In this document: positions 35,639-45,459 of the stretch, piece after piece
Position numbering within the stretch: the first letter of the stretch is position 1
Layout: the number at the start of each line of letters is the position of its first letter
Notes under the pieces: generated by a model
Told to the model about the DNA's origin: nothing
What the model saw: the letters and a program-made list of their open reading frames with translations, nothing else
Database searches by the model: none
Position numbers and translations under genes: made by a program
NCBI GenBank assembly: GCA_039586795.1
Contig: JBDHJS010000003.1
Location: 32,001 to 96,000, forward strand
Direction: 5' to 3'
DNA: 64,000 bases
DNA from: Gemmatimonadota bacterium
Lineage (GTDB): Bacteria; Gemmatimonadota; Gemmatimonadetes; Palauibacterales; KS3-K002

Positions 35639-36424
35639 TTAGCGACGGAGAACCCGGTCGACCAGAATGATGATGCTGGTAACCGCGGCTGTGTAACTTA
35701 TGATTTGGCCGAACGTGAAGACCGGCCGCCTGGGGACTTCGATCGAATCGCCCTCGCGCAACTGAAGCGCATCGAGCGTTTCCCCAAGGGCGAGGGCGAG
35801 CTCGAGCTCCTTCCCCTCCAGCACCGTGCCGTCCGCACGCCTGACCTTCAGCTTGTGGAGGTTGGCCGCCGTCGTCGGCCCACCCACTGACATGATCGCG
35901 TCCGGCAGCGGAGTCTCGATAGGTAACATGTGGTAACCCGGCTGCAGAATCTCTCCGGCGAACGTAAGCCGCACGTAGGTCCGGGCTCTCACGTCGGGCT
36001 GAGCGACGAATCGACTCAGCTGCTGTGTGAGATACGGCTGAAGCTCCGTCCGTAGAACGCCCCTGAGGGAAATCGCCCCCACCACGGGCAACTCGATGGC
36101 CGGACCTGCCGTGACGACGAAGGTATCGGTGAGCTGCAGCTCACCCTCCACCACCATCACCACTCGATCGCCTACGCGGAAATCCCCCTGCTGCAAACGC
36201 CGGCGGACGATCGCCGCCTCGCCCCTCGCTTTCTCGCGCAGCACCGGGCTATAAGCCTGCGACCGGGCTCCGTTCTCGAAAAACGTTGCCAGCTGCTCCA
36301 GCGTGTCGCGCGTCGCGCCGACGCCGGGAATCTGCCACGGATCCTGCTGGGCACTGAGTTCAGCCGGGTGAACCGCACCAGCGATGAGTACAGCTGTAAG
36401 AGCTACGATCGACAGTCGAGACAC
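35639..36424 (-). CDS. Polysaccharide export protein (Wza-like Poly_export + SLBB)
   Basis: GGAGG RBS before GTG 36424; signal peptide; F.VGD.V, LPVVG.I.L.G, GEI.QPG, GGPT..A, L.EGD.I.VP; C-terminal amphipathic helix. Confidence 0.85.
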   Translation of the reverse strand: MSRLSIVALTAVLIAGAVHPAELSAQQDPWQIPGVGATRDTLEQLATFFENGARSQAYSPVLREKARGEAAIVRRRLQQGDFRVGDRVVMVVEGELQLTDTFVVTAGPAIELPVVGAISLRGVLRTELQPYLTQQLSRFVAQPDVRARTYVRLTFAGEILQPGYHMLPIETPLPDAIMSVGGPTTAANLHKLKVRRADGTVLEGKELELALALGETLDALQLREGDSIEVPRRPVFTFGQIISYTAAVTSIIILVDRVLRR

Positions 36425-36777
36425 GGTACCTCCAAGAGTCGAATTCCCTTGCACAGCCACACGCCCGCACGGATTCAAGATTGAGGCCGAACGTGGCGAC
36501 ACACCGGTTCTGGTCGTAAACCGCTGAACGATAGAGGATTACGCTGCCAGAAGCCACACCGCTGTTTCGGCTCTACAACGCCGATTTGGTGCACCCGTGC
36601 CACGCGAGGCTTGCGCAAGTCGGCTGCAAAGGCCACAATACGACCGCTGAAACGGATGATTCCCTCCGGCAACCGCATTCCCCCGAACGCCCAAGCACGG
36701 GACTTTCCGCTTGGCGATGCACCAGTTCTGTAGGATCGCTGACAGCGACCGTTCCCGTGGTAAAGGCAGGGAAGGAA

Positions 36778-37704
36778 ATGGCTGATCAGGCTCCGGTCCG
36801 CCCGACGTTGGCTCTGATCGCGAATGATCAGGAGTGGTCAAGCCGATCGCTCGAGAGCACGCTGGCCCCGTTGGGGTACGCCTTCATACGAGCATACAAC
36901 GGCCAACAGGCGATCGAGCTTGCGGGTGACAGCTCGCCTGATGTGATCATCATCGATGCCACGCTGCCGGACATGCCTGGGATCGAGGCCTGTCGTCGAA
37001 TCCGCAGGGATCCACGCGTTACCATCGTCACACCCATCATCGTCACGACCGCGGGCCGTCTGACGCGGCACGATCGTTTGGAGGCCCTGAAAGCTGGGGC
37101 GTGGGATTTCTGCGGCTGGCCGATAGACGTGGAAGAGTTCACGCTGAGGCTGGGGTTGTATCTGAAAGCGAAGTTGGAGGCTGACCAGACCCGAGAAGAC
37201 AGTCTGATCGACCATGACACGGGTTTGTACAATCTGCGAGGACTGATGCGCCGCGCCCGGGAGTTGGGGTCCGACGCGTACCGCCACTCGCGGGCGCTGG
37301 CCTGCGTAGCCCTGGCACTGCAGCCTCCCAACGGGATGATGATCGGCAACGGGGATGACTCCGAGTTATGGGAGATTCTGGAGATTCTCGGCGACGCGCT
37401 CAAGACGAACGCGCGCATCTCGGACGCAGTGGGACGCGTACGGCTGGGAGAGTTCCTGGTCGTCGCCCCGGCTACCGACGATGTGGGAGCGTTGACTTTG
37501 GCGGAGCGACTTACGACCGCCATCCAAGGTGTCGTTGAAGAAAGCGAAAAAGCGCCGCTGACGGTCCTTGCTGGCTACCACGCGGTGGATGACCTGCGCG
37601 AATCGGGCGTACAGCCGTCGGAGCTCATGGCAGGAGCGACGACGGCTCTTCGTCGTTTGCAGATCGATCCAGGAGAAGCGAGGATCAGCCGCCACGTTGG
37701 GTGA
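36778..37704 (+). CDS. Atypical response regulator, REC + degenerate GGDEF (copy 2)
   Basis: LIANDQEW, IIIDATLPD; DHDTGLYN; RISD-x5-RLGEF. Clear paralog of 27344-28357. Confidence 0.88.
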   Translation: MADQAPVRPTLALIANDQEWSSRSLESTLAPLGYAFIRAYNGQQAIELAGDSSPDVIIIDATLPDMPGIEACRRIRRDPRVTIVTPIIVTTAGRLTRHDRLEALKAGAWDFCGWPIDVEEFTLRLGLYLKAKLEADQTREDSLIDHDTGLYNLRGLMRRARELGSDAYRHSRALACVALALQPPNGMMIGNGDDSELWEILEILGDALKTNARISDAVGRVRLGEFLVVAPATDDVGALTLAERLTTAIQGVVEESEKAPLTVLAGYHAVDDLRESGVQPSELMAGATTALRRLQIDPGEARISRHVG

Positions 37705-37745
37705 CTGATCCTCGAGATGTTAAGCCTGCCTTCAGTCTACTTGCA

Positions 37746-40475
37746 TCACCGCCGGGCACTCTTACGATGCTTGCGCCTACGTTGGGCGCCGGGCTTGTGA
37801 GTCTTCTCGGCATTCTCGTCCCGGCCATCACCGCCGTCCGCTGAGAGATCCTCGGGTTGGTCTCCGTCGGAGCCGTTGACCTGAACTTCTGGCACATCCA
37901 ACCCTTCTTCAGACGAGACGTCTTCGGTCTGGGCACCGAATTCGAACTCAGGCTCGACGACCGAGATCTCTTCTATTTCGGGACTCTCATCGGCTGATGT
38001 GTCAGCGGTCGTGAAGCTAATCTCCCCGACGGCGTCTTCCTCGGTAACCGCCTCTCCGCCCGGCGTCCAGACCTGCACGCGCTCTTCTGATTCCTCCTCA
38101 TCCCACGCTTCGTAGCCGGGTGAGTAGTAACTGTAGTACTGGCGGTAGAGTCCGCCCGGCGGAACATCATTCAAGACGGCGCCGAGCAGGCGAATGGGTA
38201 ACCGCTCCAGGACATCGAGCTTCGCTTCGGTCGTCTCGCGGTCCGTAGCACCGGTTCGCACGACGAGCAGCATGCTGCCTGTGAGCGTTCCCATGGCCAG
38301 TGGATCGACTCCGGCCGTGAGCGGCGGTGTGTCGAGAAGCACGACGTCGTAGCTACTTCTGAGCTGCAAGAGGAGCGTCGACATCTCCTGTGACTGAATC
38401 AACTCCGGGCCGTCTTGCCGACGCGTACCGCAGCCGATTCGATCGACCATCTCGTACATCGTGGACTGAATGATCTGTTCGCGTGAAGCCTGGCCGGCCA
38501 GGTAGTCAGTGAGTCCCGGCTTTCTTGCCCCGCCGAACAAGCGGTGCAGCACGCCTCTGCGAACATCACCGTCGATAACCAACGTCCTTCGGCCGAGGTC
38601 CGCGAACGCCAACGCGAGGTTGGACGTCACGAACGACTTCCCGTCCTCAGGCGACGTGCTGCTTATCGTCACCACGACAGGGCCGGCGGAGCCGTAAGCG
38701 TGCAGCAGGTTGAGGCGAATGACCCTGAACGCCTCGACGAGCTGTTCGGTGGCTTTGATGGCCTGACCGCGGCGGCCGGCGACGTGGGGGATCGTCCCGA
38801 TGATGGGGAGGCCGAGCTCCTCGCTGAGCTGTTCGGGGTACTTGAAGCGAGGGTCGATGCGATCGAGAACCAACGCTGCGCCCACGGCGCCCATGAAGCT
38901 GACCATGAACGCCAGAATGAACAGTCGCGGCTTCTGGCTCTCGTTGATCGGTCGCTGGGGCGCCACAGCGGCATCGAGGATTCTCACGTCCGGAATACTG
39001 CTCACGGCGGCGAGTCGCGCTTCTTCGTATCGCGCCTGCAGCATGGTGAACAGGTTGGCGGCTATTGCCACTCGTCGCTCGAGTCGCGCCTCGTCGATCA
39101 ACCGGGGCGGAATCTCGCTCAACTCATCTGAAGCGGATGCGATGAGATCGTCCAGTTCACGCTCGCGCTCGACGACCTCCGCGACCAACGAACGCACCAA
39201 AGTAGGTATGGTCCTCCGCTCCAGCGACTCAAGCTCGTCCTTGAGCTGCTGGATGGGTGGGTATTCGTCGGTGTAGCGGTAGTACAGAGTCCGCAGCTCA
39301 GCTCGTTTCACCGTGAGCTCATCGAGCACGCCCAGAAGTTCCGAAGCCTCGCGCACGGCCGGTATGACCTCAAGGGCCGCTACCGAGAACTCGACGGTGG
39401 GATCTCTGGCCAGCACTTCTTCGAGCGCCTCTCTATCACGTCGCAGCTGCTCGGACTGAACCTTCAGGTCGAAGTAGCCGCCGAAAGCAGGCGCCGTCGT
39501 CTGCTGCAGACCCGGGGTCACCGGAGTAGCGGGACTCGAAGGCAGAGTGATGGTCTCGACACGGAAGTTCTCCAGCGCCGCTTCCGCCTCGGCCAGCTGC
39601 TGCGCCGCGAGATCCAGCTGCTCGTCGAGGATCTCGGTGACCTCCTCAAGCTTGTCGCTCTTGAGATCCGCGGCGACCTCTACGTAGCGCTCACCGATCG
39701 CGTTCAGCGTTCTGGCGATGCGGCCCGGGCTCGACCCCCGGAGCGATAGCCGGAGGAAGCTGCCGTTGCCGTCCAGGTCGATACCCAGGGTCCTGCCGAG
39801 CCGGGTCGCTCTGTCGCGGGGATTCCCAACGCCGAACTCGATGACGCGCCCGGCCGTCAGCTCCTCGGCCGGCGGGATCCACACGAAGCCGAACTGCTGG
39901 CCCACGGAGTCGCCAACCGCACCCCGCTGGACGACCAATTCGTCCGCCGTCCGCAACTCGAACCCTTCACCGTCTGGCGTCACGGTGAGCTTATAGTCGC
40001 CGTAGGCCGCTCGCTCGTAACTGTCGGCGAGCCTGAAATCCTCAAACACTGAGGCATTTGCCGGGTCTCCCCGACTCAGGTAGAGCCGCATGTCGAGAAC
40101 AGCGTGCTCGAGGACCATGTAGGACGTGAGGAGATTCACCCAGGCGGCGGACTCGAGGAGCTCGGTCTGGCGAATCGGGCCCTGGGCGGCCTCGCCGCGG
40201 TTGGTCCTCTCGATCCAGAGCGTCGCCTGAGCCTCGTACTGCGGCGTCACGAACCTGCCTGCCGCCACACCCGCGGCACTGCCGAGAATGGTCACCAGGA
40301 TGATCAGCCACTTGTAGCGCCACAGAGCTACGGCGTAGCGGCGCCAGTCGAAACCAGGCTGCGCGAACGTCGGGGTAACCGGCACGCCCTCCCATCCGGT
40401 ATCGACAGCGCCGGCCGGCTGGATCTCTCCAGCGCCGGTCACATCCTCGGGCTTGGCGGGCAGATTGTCCGACAT
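37746..40475 (-). CDS. wzc: Wzc/GumC-type co-polymerase with BY-kinase (copy 2)
   Basis: Same architecture as copy 1; PEDGKS, IDGDVRRG, VLLDTPP, Tyr cluster YRQYYSYYSPGY. Confidence 0.92.
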   Translation of the reverse strand: MSDNLPAKPEDVTGAGEIQPAGAVDTGWEGVPVTPTFAQPGFDWRRYAVALWRYKWLIILVTILGSAAGVAAGRFVTPQYEAQATLWIERTNRGEAAQGPIRQTELLESAAWVNLLTSYMVLEHAVLDMRLYLSRGDPANASVFEDFRLADSYERAAYGDYKLTVTPDGEGFELRTADELVVQRGAVGDSVGQQFGFVWIPPAEELTAGRVIEFGVGNPRDRATRLGRTLGIDLDGNGSFLRLSLRGSSPGRIARTLNAIGERYVEVAADLKSDKLEEVTEILDEQLDLAAQQLAEAEAALENFRVETITLPSSPATPVTPGLQQTTAPAFGGYFDLKVQSEQLRRDREALEEVLARDPTVEFSVAALEVIPAVREASELLGVLDELTVKRAELRTLYYRYTDEYPPIQQLKDELESLERRTIPTLVRSLVAEVVERERELDDLIASASDELSEIPPRLIDEARLERRVAIAANLFTMLQARYEEARLAAVSSIPDVRILDAAVAPQRPINESQKPRLFILAFMVSFMGAVGAALVLDRIDPRFKYPEQLSEELGLPIIGTIPHVAGRRGQAIKATEQLVEAFRVIRLNLLHAYGSAGPVVVTISSTSPEDGKSFVTSNLALAFADLGRRTLVIDGDVRRGVLHRLFGGARKPGLTDYLAGQASREQIIQSTMYEMVDRIGCGTRRQDGPELIQSQEMSTLLLQLRSSYDVVLLDTPPLTAGVDPLAMGTLTGSMLLVVRTGATDRETTEAKLDVLERLPIRLLGAVLNDVPPGGLYRQYYSYYSPGYEAWDEEESEERVQVWTPGGEAVTEEDAVGEISFTTADTSADESPEIEEISVVEPEFEFGAQTEDVSSEEGLDVPEVQVNGSDGDQPEDLSADGGDGRDENAEKTHKPGAQRRRKHRKSARR

Positions 40476-40578
40476 ACACAGACTCACGGCAAAGGTGGTA
40501 TTCACTCGCGGACTCCAGGCGCCCGCGACGCTCAAGATAACCCTAACAATCCGGGATGCAGCAAGCCCGATACTCCGT

Positions 40579-40594
40579 AGCAAGCACGATGCCG
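40579..40594 (-). promoter_or_regulatory. sigma54 -24/-12 promoter of wzc copy 2
   Basis: Minus strand CGGCATCGTGCTTGCT. Confidence 0.75.
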
Positions 40595-40692
40595 GGCGCG
40601 CGGCGAAGCGAGAGATCTCTTTCCAACAACAAGGTTCTACCGGCAGCCGACGCGGTGGGCCGGGCAGCGTTGTATATTTCGCAGACCTGCTA

Positions 40693-40710
40693 TGTAGCGA
40701 GGCTGCTACA
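40693..40710. promoter_or_regulatory. Perfect enhancer-type palindrome
   Basis: TGTAGC-GAGGCT-GCTACA, 99 bp upstream of the -24 element. Confidence 0.7.
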
Positions 40711-40973
40711 GCACTTCAGGCGACTTGAAGGCGATTGTGGTATTGGGCCAACAGGGCTGGGCCAGGTGGTCCGCCTCGCTGGCCCGTCAGAAGGCCGGAA
40801 CGCAAGTGATGGGTTGAGAACCCCAAGCCTTCCGGCCCCTAACCGCCCGGGCGGTGGGGTTCAAATGTTCCGGCCTGATCCCTGCAAGATCCAATTGAGT
40901 CACGATAATACCCGCCGCGGCCACTGCCTCCGGAGACGAGGCAGCCAGTGGAAAACACCGTGGAGGCTTGTTG

Positions 40974-42521
40974 ATGTCCAGTTCCCTGTCCGGCACAAAC
41001 AGCGGCGATGGAGACGTGCTAACGCCAGCCCCCGCTGGCCTTTCATCTGAGGAAGGTACGCGCGGTACCGAATCGGTGATCCCGCTGAGGATCCTGATTG
41101 CGGATGACGACCGTACGTTGCTCGAGAGCTGCGCGAGTATCTTGGAAATTCAGGGTCACGAGGTGACCTTGTCGGCGCGAGGCCAGGAAGCGCTGGATAT
41201 TCTGCGACGTCGCCGTTTCGACCTGGCGCTGATCGATCTGTACATGCTGGACGTGTCGGGGATGGAGCTATTGCGGGCCAGCCTCAAAGCGAACCCCGAC
41301 CTGATTCCGATCATCATCACGGGCAAGCCAAGCGTGGATTCGAACATGGAGGCGATCCGCGCCGGCGCCTGGGACTATCTTCCGAAGCCATTCTCCGCGA
41401 CACAATTGCAGGTGATGATCGGCCGGGCGGCGCACGCCGTGCTGGGAGCGCGCAAGACGCAGGCTCTCCAGCAGGATATCGAGACGCAGCACGGCCACAG
41501 CGAAAAGGTGAAGGTGCTGGGGATCTCACCCGCGTTCCAGCGGATCGTCGAGGTCTGCCGCCGGGTGGCGCCCACCGATGCCTCAGCTTTTGTCACCGGA
41601 GAAAGCGGGACGGGCAAGGAACTGATCGCCCAGTTCATTCATCACCACAGTCGACGGGCGCGGAAGCCGCTCGTCCCGATCAATTGCGCCGCCTTGCCGG
41701 AGACGCTTCTGGAATCCGAGATGTTCGGACATTGCAAAGGCTCGTTCACGGGTGCGGTGCGGGACAAGCCTGGCCTCCTGGAGATCGCCGACGGCGGCAC
41801 GATGTTCCTGGATGAGATCACCGAGATGTCACAGGCCATTCAGGCGAAGTTGCTGCGGGTAATCCAGGACGGCGTGGTTCGACGAGTCGGCAGCACGAAG
41901 ACGGACGCCGTGGTCAACGTCCGCTTCATCGCCGCGACGAACCGCGACCCGGAGGAAGCCGTCGAATCCGGCACACTCCGCCAGGACCTGTACTTCCGGC
42001 TACGTGTGGTGCCGATACGCGTACCACCGCTGCGGGAGCGGCCCGAGGACGTCCCGATTCTGGCCGAGCACTTCCTGCTGACCTACTGGAAGCGGCACCG
42101 TGAGCGGGGCGCCGAGCCGCCGAAGTTCACCGCCGCCGCCACGCGAGCGCTGCAGGACCGGCAGTGGCCAGGCAACGTCCGCGAGCTGCAGAACGCTATC
42201 GAGCACGCGGTCGTGTTCCTCGAGCCGGGAGCCGATATCAAGGCCGAGGACGTCCCATCCGTTCAGGACAAGGTGCCTGCTCAGGAGGGCTCCCTATTCG
42301 AACTCAATTGGCTCGACGAGCCCTATCACATCGCCCGCGATCGGATGACCGCGGAGTTCGAGCGGCGTTACCTGGTTTGGGTCGTGAACCGAGCGGCCGG
42401 CAACATGTCCAAGGCCGCCCGCATAGCGGGAATCGACAGGACGACGATCTATCGGCTGATGGAGAAGCACGGCCTGCGGCGTGATGCCATGGTCGCGCAG
42501 AACTCTCAAGACACTCCGTGA
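40974..42521 (+). CDS. NtrC-family sigma54 activator (copy 2)
   Basis: [49 protein letters not shown]. Confidence 0.95.
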   Translation: MSSSLSGTNSGDGDVLTPAPAGLSSEEGTRGTESVIPLRILIADDDRTLLESCASILEIQGHEVTLSARGQEALDILRRRRFDLALIDLYMLDVSGMELLRASLKANPDLIPIIITGKPSVDSNMEAIRAGAWDYLPKPFSATQLQVMIGRAAHAVLGARKTQALQQDIETQHGHSEKVKVLGISPAFQRIVEVCRRVAPTDASAFVTGESGTGKELIAQFIHHHSRRARKPLVPINCAALPETLLESEMFGHCKGSFTGAVRDKPGLLEIADGGTMFLDEITEMSQAIQAKLLRVIQDGVVRRVGSTKTDAVVNVRFIAATNRDPEEAVESGTLRQDLYFRLRVVPIRVPPLRERPEDVPILAEHFLLTYWKRHRERGAEPPKFTAAATRALQDRQWPGNVRELQNAIEHAVVFLEPGADIKAEDVPSVQDKVPAQEGSLFELNWLDEPYHIARDRMTAEFERRYLVWVVNRAAGNMSKAARIAGIDRTTIYRLMEKHGLRRDAMVAQNSQDTP

Positions 42522-42836
42522 CGCCGACAGGATCGGTTTGATCGTAGCACCACGTTTCTTTTTCGTTGGTGCTGTCGAGTTTTCTTCTTCTTCAAGCAAG
42601 CGCTTTCCTGTAGCACCGTCTCCACAACTAGCAGATGCATTGCTACGTAGCGTGAGTACATCAGTTTCCGGACGGCCCACCTAAGTACTTGTAAATAAAC
42701 AACTTGGATATTGGCACGGAACGGCCCAAACGCGCACAGCCGTTGCACCTGCATGTGAGCGCTTAACCGAAGTACGCCTTGGCTTGCCAACCCGCCGGCG
42801 AGTCAGACCTGAATCACCACACAACGCGGAGTTGGG

Positions 42837-43601
42837 ATGGAGGCATCGACAGTACCCACGCGAGAGCACTATCGCGCTCAGACTAAGCCACTTGCGCTGG
42901 AGAACGGCAACGGATCCGCGGGCGGGTTGAGTGAAGGGTCCACTGCTTCGCATGAGTTGGCTAGCGAGCGTGCTCGACGCATTCTGAATTTGGCGGCCGC
43001 ATTTGTGTTGCTTGTTCTCAGCACTCCGGTCATGATCGTCATCGCGCTGGCGATCAGGCTGACCTCTTCCGGTCCGATCTTCTTCGTTCAGCAGCGCGTT
43101 GGCATCGACCGCCGCAACGGTGGACGGCCAACCGGCAACTGTCGGCGGCAGACGGATGCGGGTGGGCGGCCCTTCAAGATCTACAAGTTTCGCACGATGC
43201 ATTGGAACGGCGGCAACGGTGATCGTCAGGTGTGGGCAAGTCCTGAAGACCCACGCGTCACTCGGTTGGGCCGCGTTCTGCGCACGTACAGGCTGGACGA
43301 GCTACCTCAGCTCATCAACATCCTGCGCGGAGACATGAACCTGGTCGGGCCACGGCCAGAACAGCCCAAGATATTTGACGATCTGCGTTCCAAAGTGACC
43401 GGCTACGAACGGCGCCAAGCTGTGCGACCGGGGATCACGGGGTGGGCGCAGGTCAATCAGCATTACGACCGGTCGGTCGAGGATGTGAAGAAGAAGCTGG
43501 CGCTGGACCTCGAGTACATCGGCAAGCAGTCGGTACGAGAGGACTTGAAGATCATGCTCCGTACGGTGCCGGTAATCCTGTTCAAGGAAGGCGCCTGGTA
43601 A
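42837..43601 (+). CDS. Priming phosphoglycosyltransferase (bacterial sugar transferase)
   Basis: KIYKFRTM, DPRVT.LG..LR.YRLDELPQL.N.L.GDM.LVGPRP, PGITGWAQV. Confidence 0.95.
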   Translation: MEASTVPTREHYRAQTKPLALENGNGSAGGLSEGSTASHELASERARRILNLAAAFVLLVLSTPVMIVIALAIRLTSSGPIFFVQQRVGIDRRNGGRPTGNCRRQTDAGGRPFKIYKFRTMHWNGGNGDRQVWASPEDPRVTRLGRVLRTYRLDELPQLINILRGDMNLVGPRPEQPKIFDDLRSKVTGYERRQAVRPGITGWAQVNQHYDRSVEDVKKKLALDLEYIGKQSVREDLKIMLRTVPVILFKEGAW

Positions 43602-43621
43602 GCGGAGACCCGCCAGGTAGC

Positions 43622-43666
43622 GAACGCCGGTCCCCTCTCACTGCAGAGGGACCGGCGTTCTTCTTT
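43622..43666 (+). terminator. Intrinsic terminator between convergent genes
   Basis: GAACGCCGGTCCC...GGGACCGGCGTTC 13-bp stem followed by TTCTTT. Confidence 0.75.
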
Positions 43667-43721
43667 AGGTAGCTGCTAGACTGGGCAACCGTTAGGTACA
43701 CCCCAACAATCTCGGGTTCCG

Positions 43722-45032
43722 CTAAGGCAACAACGAGGGAAGTTGCCCTGCAGGCGCCACGATGACCGTATACATGCTCACCGGCGGTCCCATATCCTGT
43801 GCAACGTTGCTTCCCAGGGTAACACGCCCTGCTGGGAAGATCGCCAGCAGCACGCTGAAGCCGCCCGTGTCGTCCTTCTCGTTGTAGATGTCCAGTCCGG
43901 TATCCACGAAGCCATCCAGCCAGTCGGGCCGTGGGCTGACGCGGTCGTCATGGGCGACGAAGACCGCGACCTCCTCACCGACGTCGAACGACAGGAAGTT
44001 GCTGGCAGATGGGCTCATATTCTTGTCATCGTTCGCCGTGCGGATATAGGTCACGCCAACGAAACTGGGCGGAATCGTCCGGAATTCACGATTCCGATCG
44101 GTATACTGGTGGACGTTGGACTGTTGCGGGAACAGATCGGTGGCCGCGAGTCCGCCCTGGTCGGCCTGGTAGGATCGGCCGCTCGATGCCGACACGCTCG
44201 ACACCTGGGCCGGGCTGGCCGGCGCCGGCGTCGACAGCCCCACGGAGAAGGCGACGGTATAGTCGCTGTTATTGGTGGTGCCGCCCGAATCGGCACACCG
44301 CACATAGAGCTGATAGGACTGCCCAGTCTGTAGACCGACGATGGGCGTAGCATGTCCCGTCGTGTTGGTCTGCTCGAAGGGGGTCATCTGGCCATAGGAG
44401 GTACCGCTCTGATTGCTCCAGGCGCAGACGGCATTCTCGTCGGTGGCCACGTGGAGCACCGTCTCACTCGTGCCGCTAGCGAGGTCTCCCCGTGGCTGAG
44501 AGTGCACGATGCGTGGTGAGCCCGCCGGGCTCGCCGATGGCAGGAATCCGACCGTGAAACCGACCTCGTAGTCGGTGTCGTTCACGTTTCCGGCGCCATC
44601 GTCACACCTGACATACGCCGAGTAGGCGCCGCCATCTTGAAGTCCACCGTACCGCGCGACGTGTTCCCGGCCTCCGGTACTGGAGAACGGAGTCATCGAC
44701 CCGAAAGCGGTCCCCGCGACATCACTCCAGCCGCACGTCGCGGCCCTGTCAGTCGCAACCGCGATGATAGCCGAGCTAACACCACCAGCCAGCTCCCCGC
44801 TGGGGTAGCCGGCCGATATGACCGGCGCCACGCCCGGGTTGGGTGGCGGCGGTGGCGGCGGTGGTGGTGGAGGCGGCGGCTCGTTCTCACCCTCGTTCTC
44901 CGTAGGGTCTTCCTCGGGCGGATCGTTCCCATCGTCTGGGGGAGCCACTAGATCACCACAGGAGGCGAGGACAAGGGCCATGCTGAAGAGAATACTCCAG
45001 CGAGCCAGTCCTCTGGACTGCTTTCGAGACAT
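43722..45032 (-). CDS. Lipoprotein with poly-Pro linker, two tandem ~95-aa Ig/FN3-like repeats and a C-terminal beta domain
   Basis: Lipobox LASC; a long Pro run; the repeats share VATD..A.C.WS..GT..G.MTPF..T..H....GLQ.G..Y..YVRC.D..G..N..DY.V.F.VG. Confidence 0.82.
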   Translation of the reverse strand: MSRKQSRGLARWSILFSMALVLASCGDLVAPPDDGNDPPEEDPTENEGENEPPPPPPPPPPPPPNPGVAPVISAGYPSGELAGGVSSAIIAVATDRAATCGWSDVAGTAFGSMTPFSSTGGREHVARYGGLQDGGAYSAYVRCDDGAGNVNDTDYEVGFTVGFLPSASPAGSPRIVHSQPRGDLASGTSETVLHVATDENAVCAWSNQSGTSYGQMTPFEQTNTTGHATPIVGLQTGQSYQLYVRCADSGGTTNNSDYTVAFSVGLSTPAPASPAQVSSVSASSGRSYQADQGGLAATDLFPQQSNVHQYTDRNREFRTIPPSFVGVTYIRTANDDKNMSPSASNFLSFDVGEEVAVFVAHDDRVSPRPDWLDGFVDTGLDIYNEKDDTGGFSVLLAIFPAGRVTLGSNVAQDMGPPVSMYTVIVAPAGQLPSLLP

Positions 45033-45194
45033 CCTACTTCACCTCTTCGGGGACTCACGACATGTGGGGTCCGCCGCGCTTGCAGCTTAGACTAACAAAG
45101 CGCGCTACTAGCCGGCGGGTACGCGCCTTGGTCTAAGATGCGTCAAAGCTGCCTTCTTCTCAACCCCGCCGCCTTAGTGGACTCCATCGAGACG

Positions 45195-45210
45195 TGCAAG
45201 CGAGGTGCCG
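45195..45210 (-). promoter_or_regulatory. sigma54 -24/-12 promoter candidate for the lipoprotein gene
   Basis: Minus strand CGGCACCTCGCTTGCA. Confidence 0.6.
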
Positions 45211-45459
45211 CCGCCGCCGAGGGAGGGCCCTGCCAGCTAAATCATTCTAGAACAACAGCTTACGGTCTCCGTGATACGCCGATTGCCCGGTTTTGGCCAG
45301 CGATATGCGGTAGTTCCTGCAGATCCTAGGCAGACTCTGCACACCGGTACGGGACGTGCGACCGAGACATCGTCATGCTGTTCACCGAACCAGTCGTTAT
45401 CTTGGGGCTGGCCACGCCGAGCAGCGGAGGACAGCGAGGCGGGTAACACCGGCGGAGAA

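Noticed and set aside
27344..37704. Active diguanylate cyclases
   Set aside because: The GG(D/E)EF motif is replaced by RDGEF and RLGEF.
42712..42726. TGGCACG as a sigma54 promoter
   Set aside because: The GC is not at the required 10-nt spacing.
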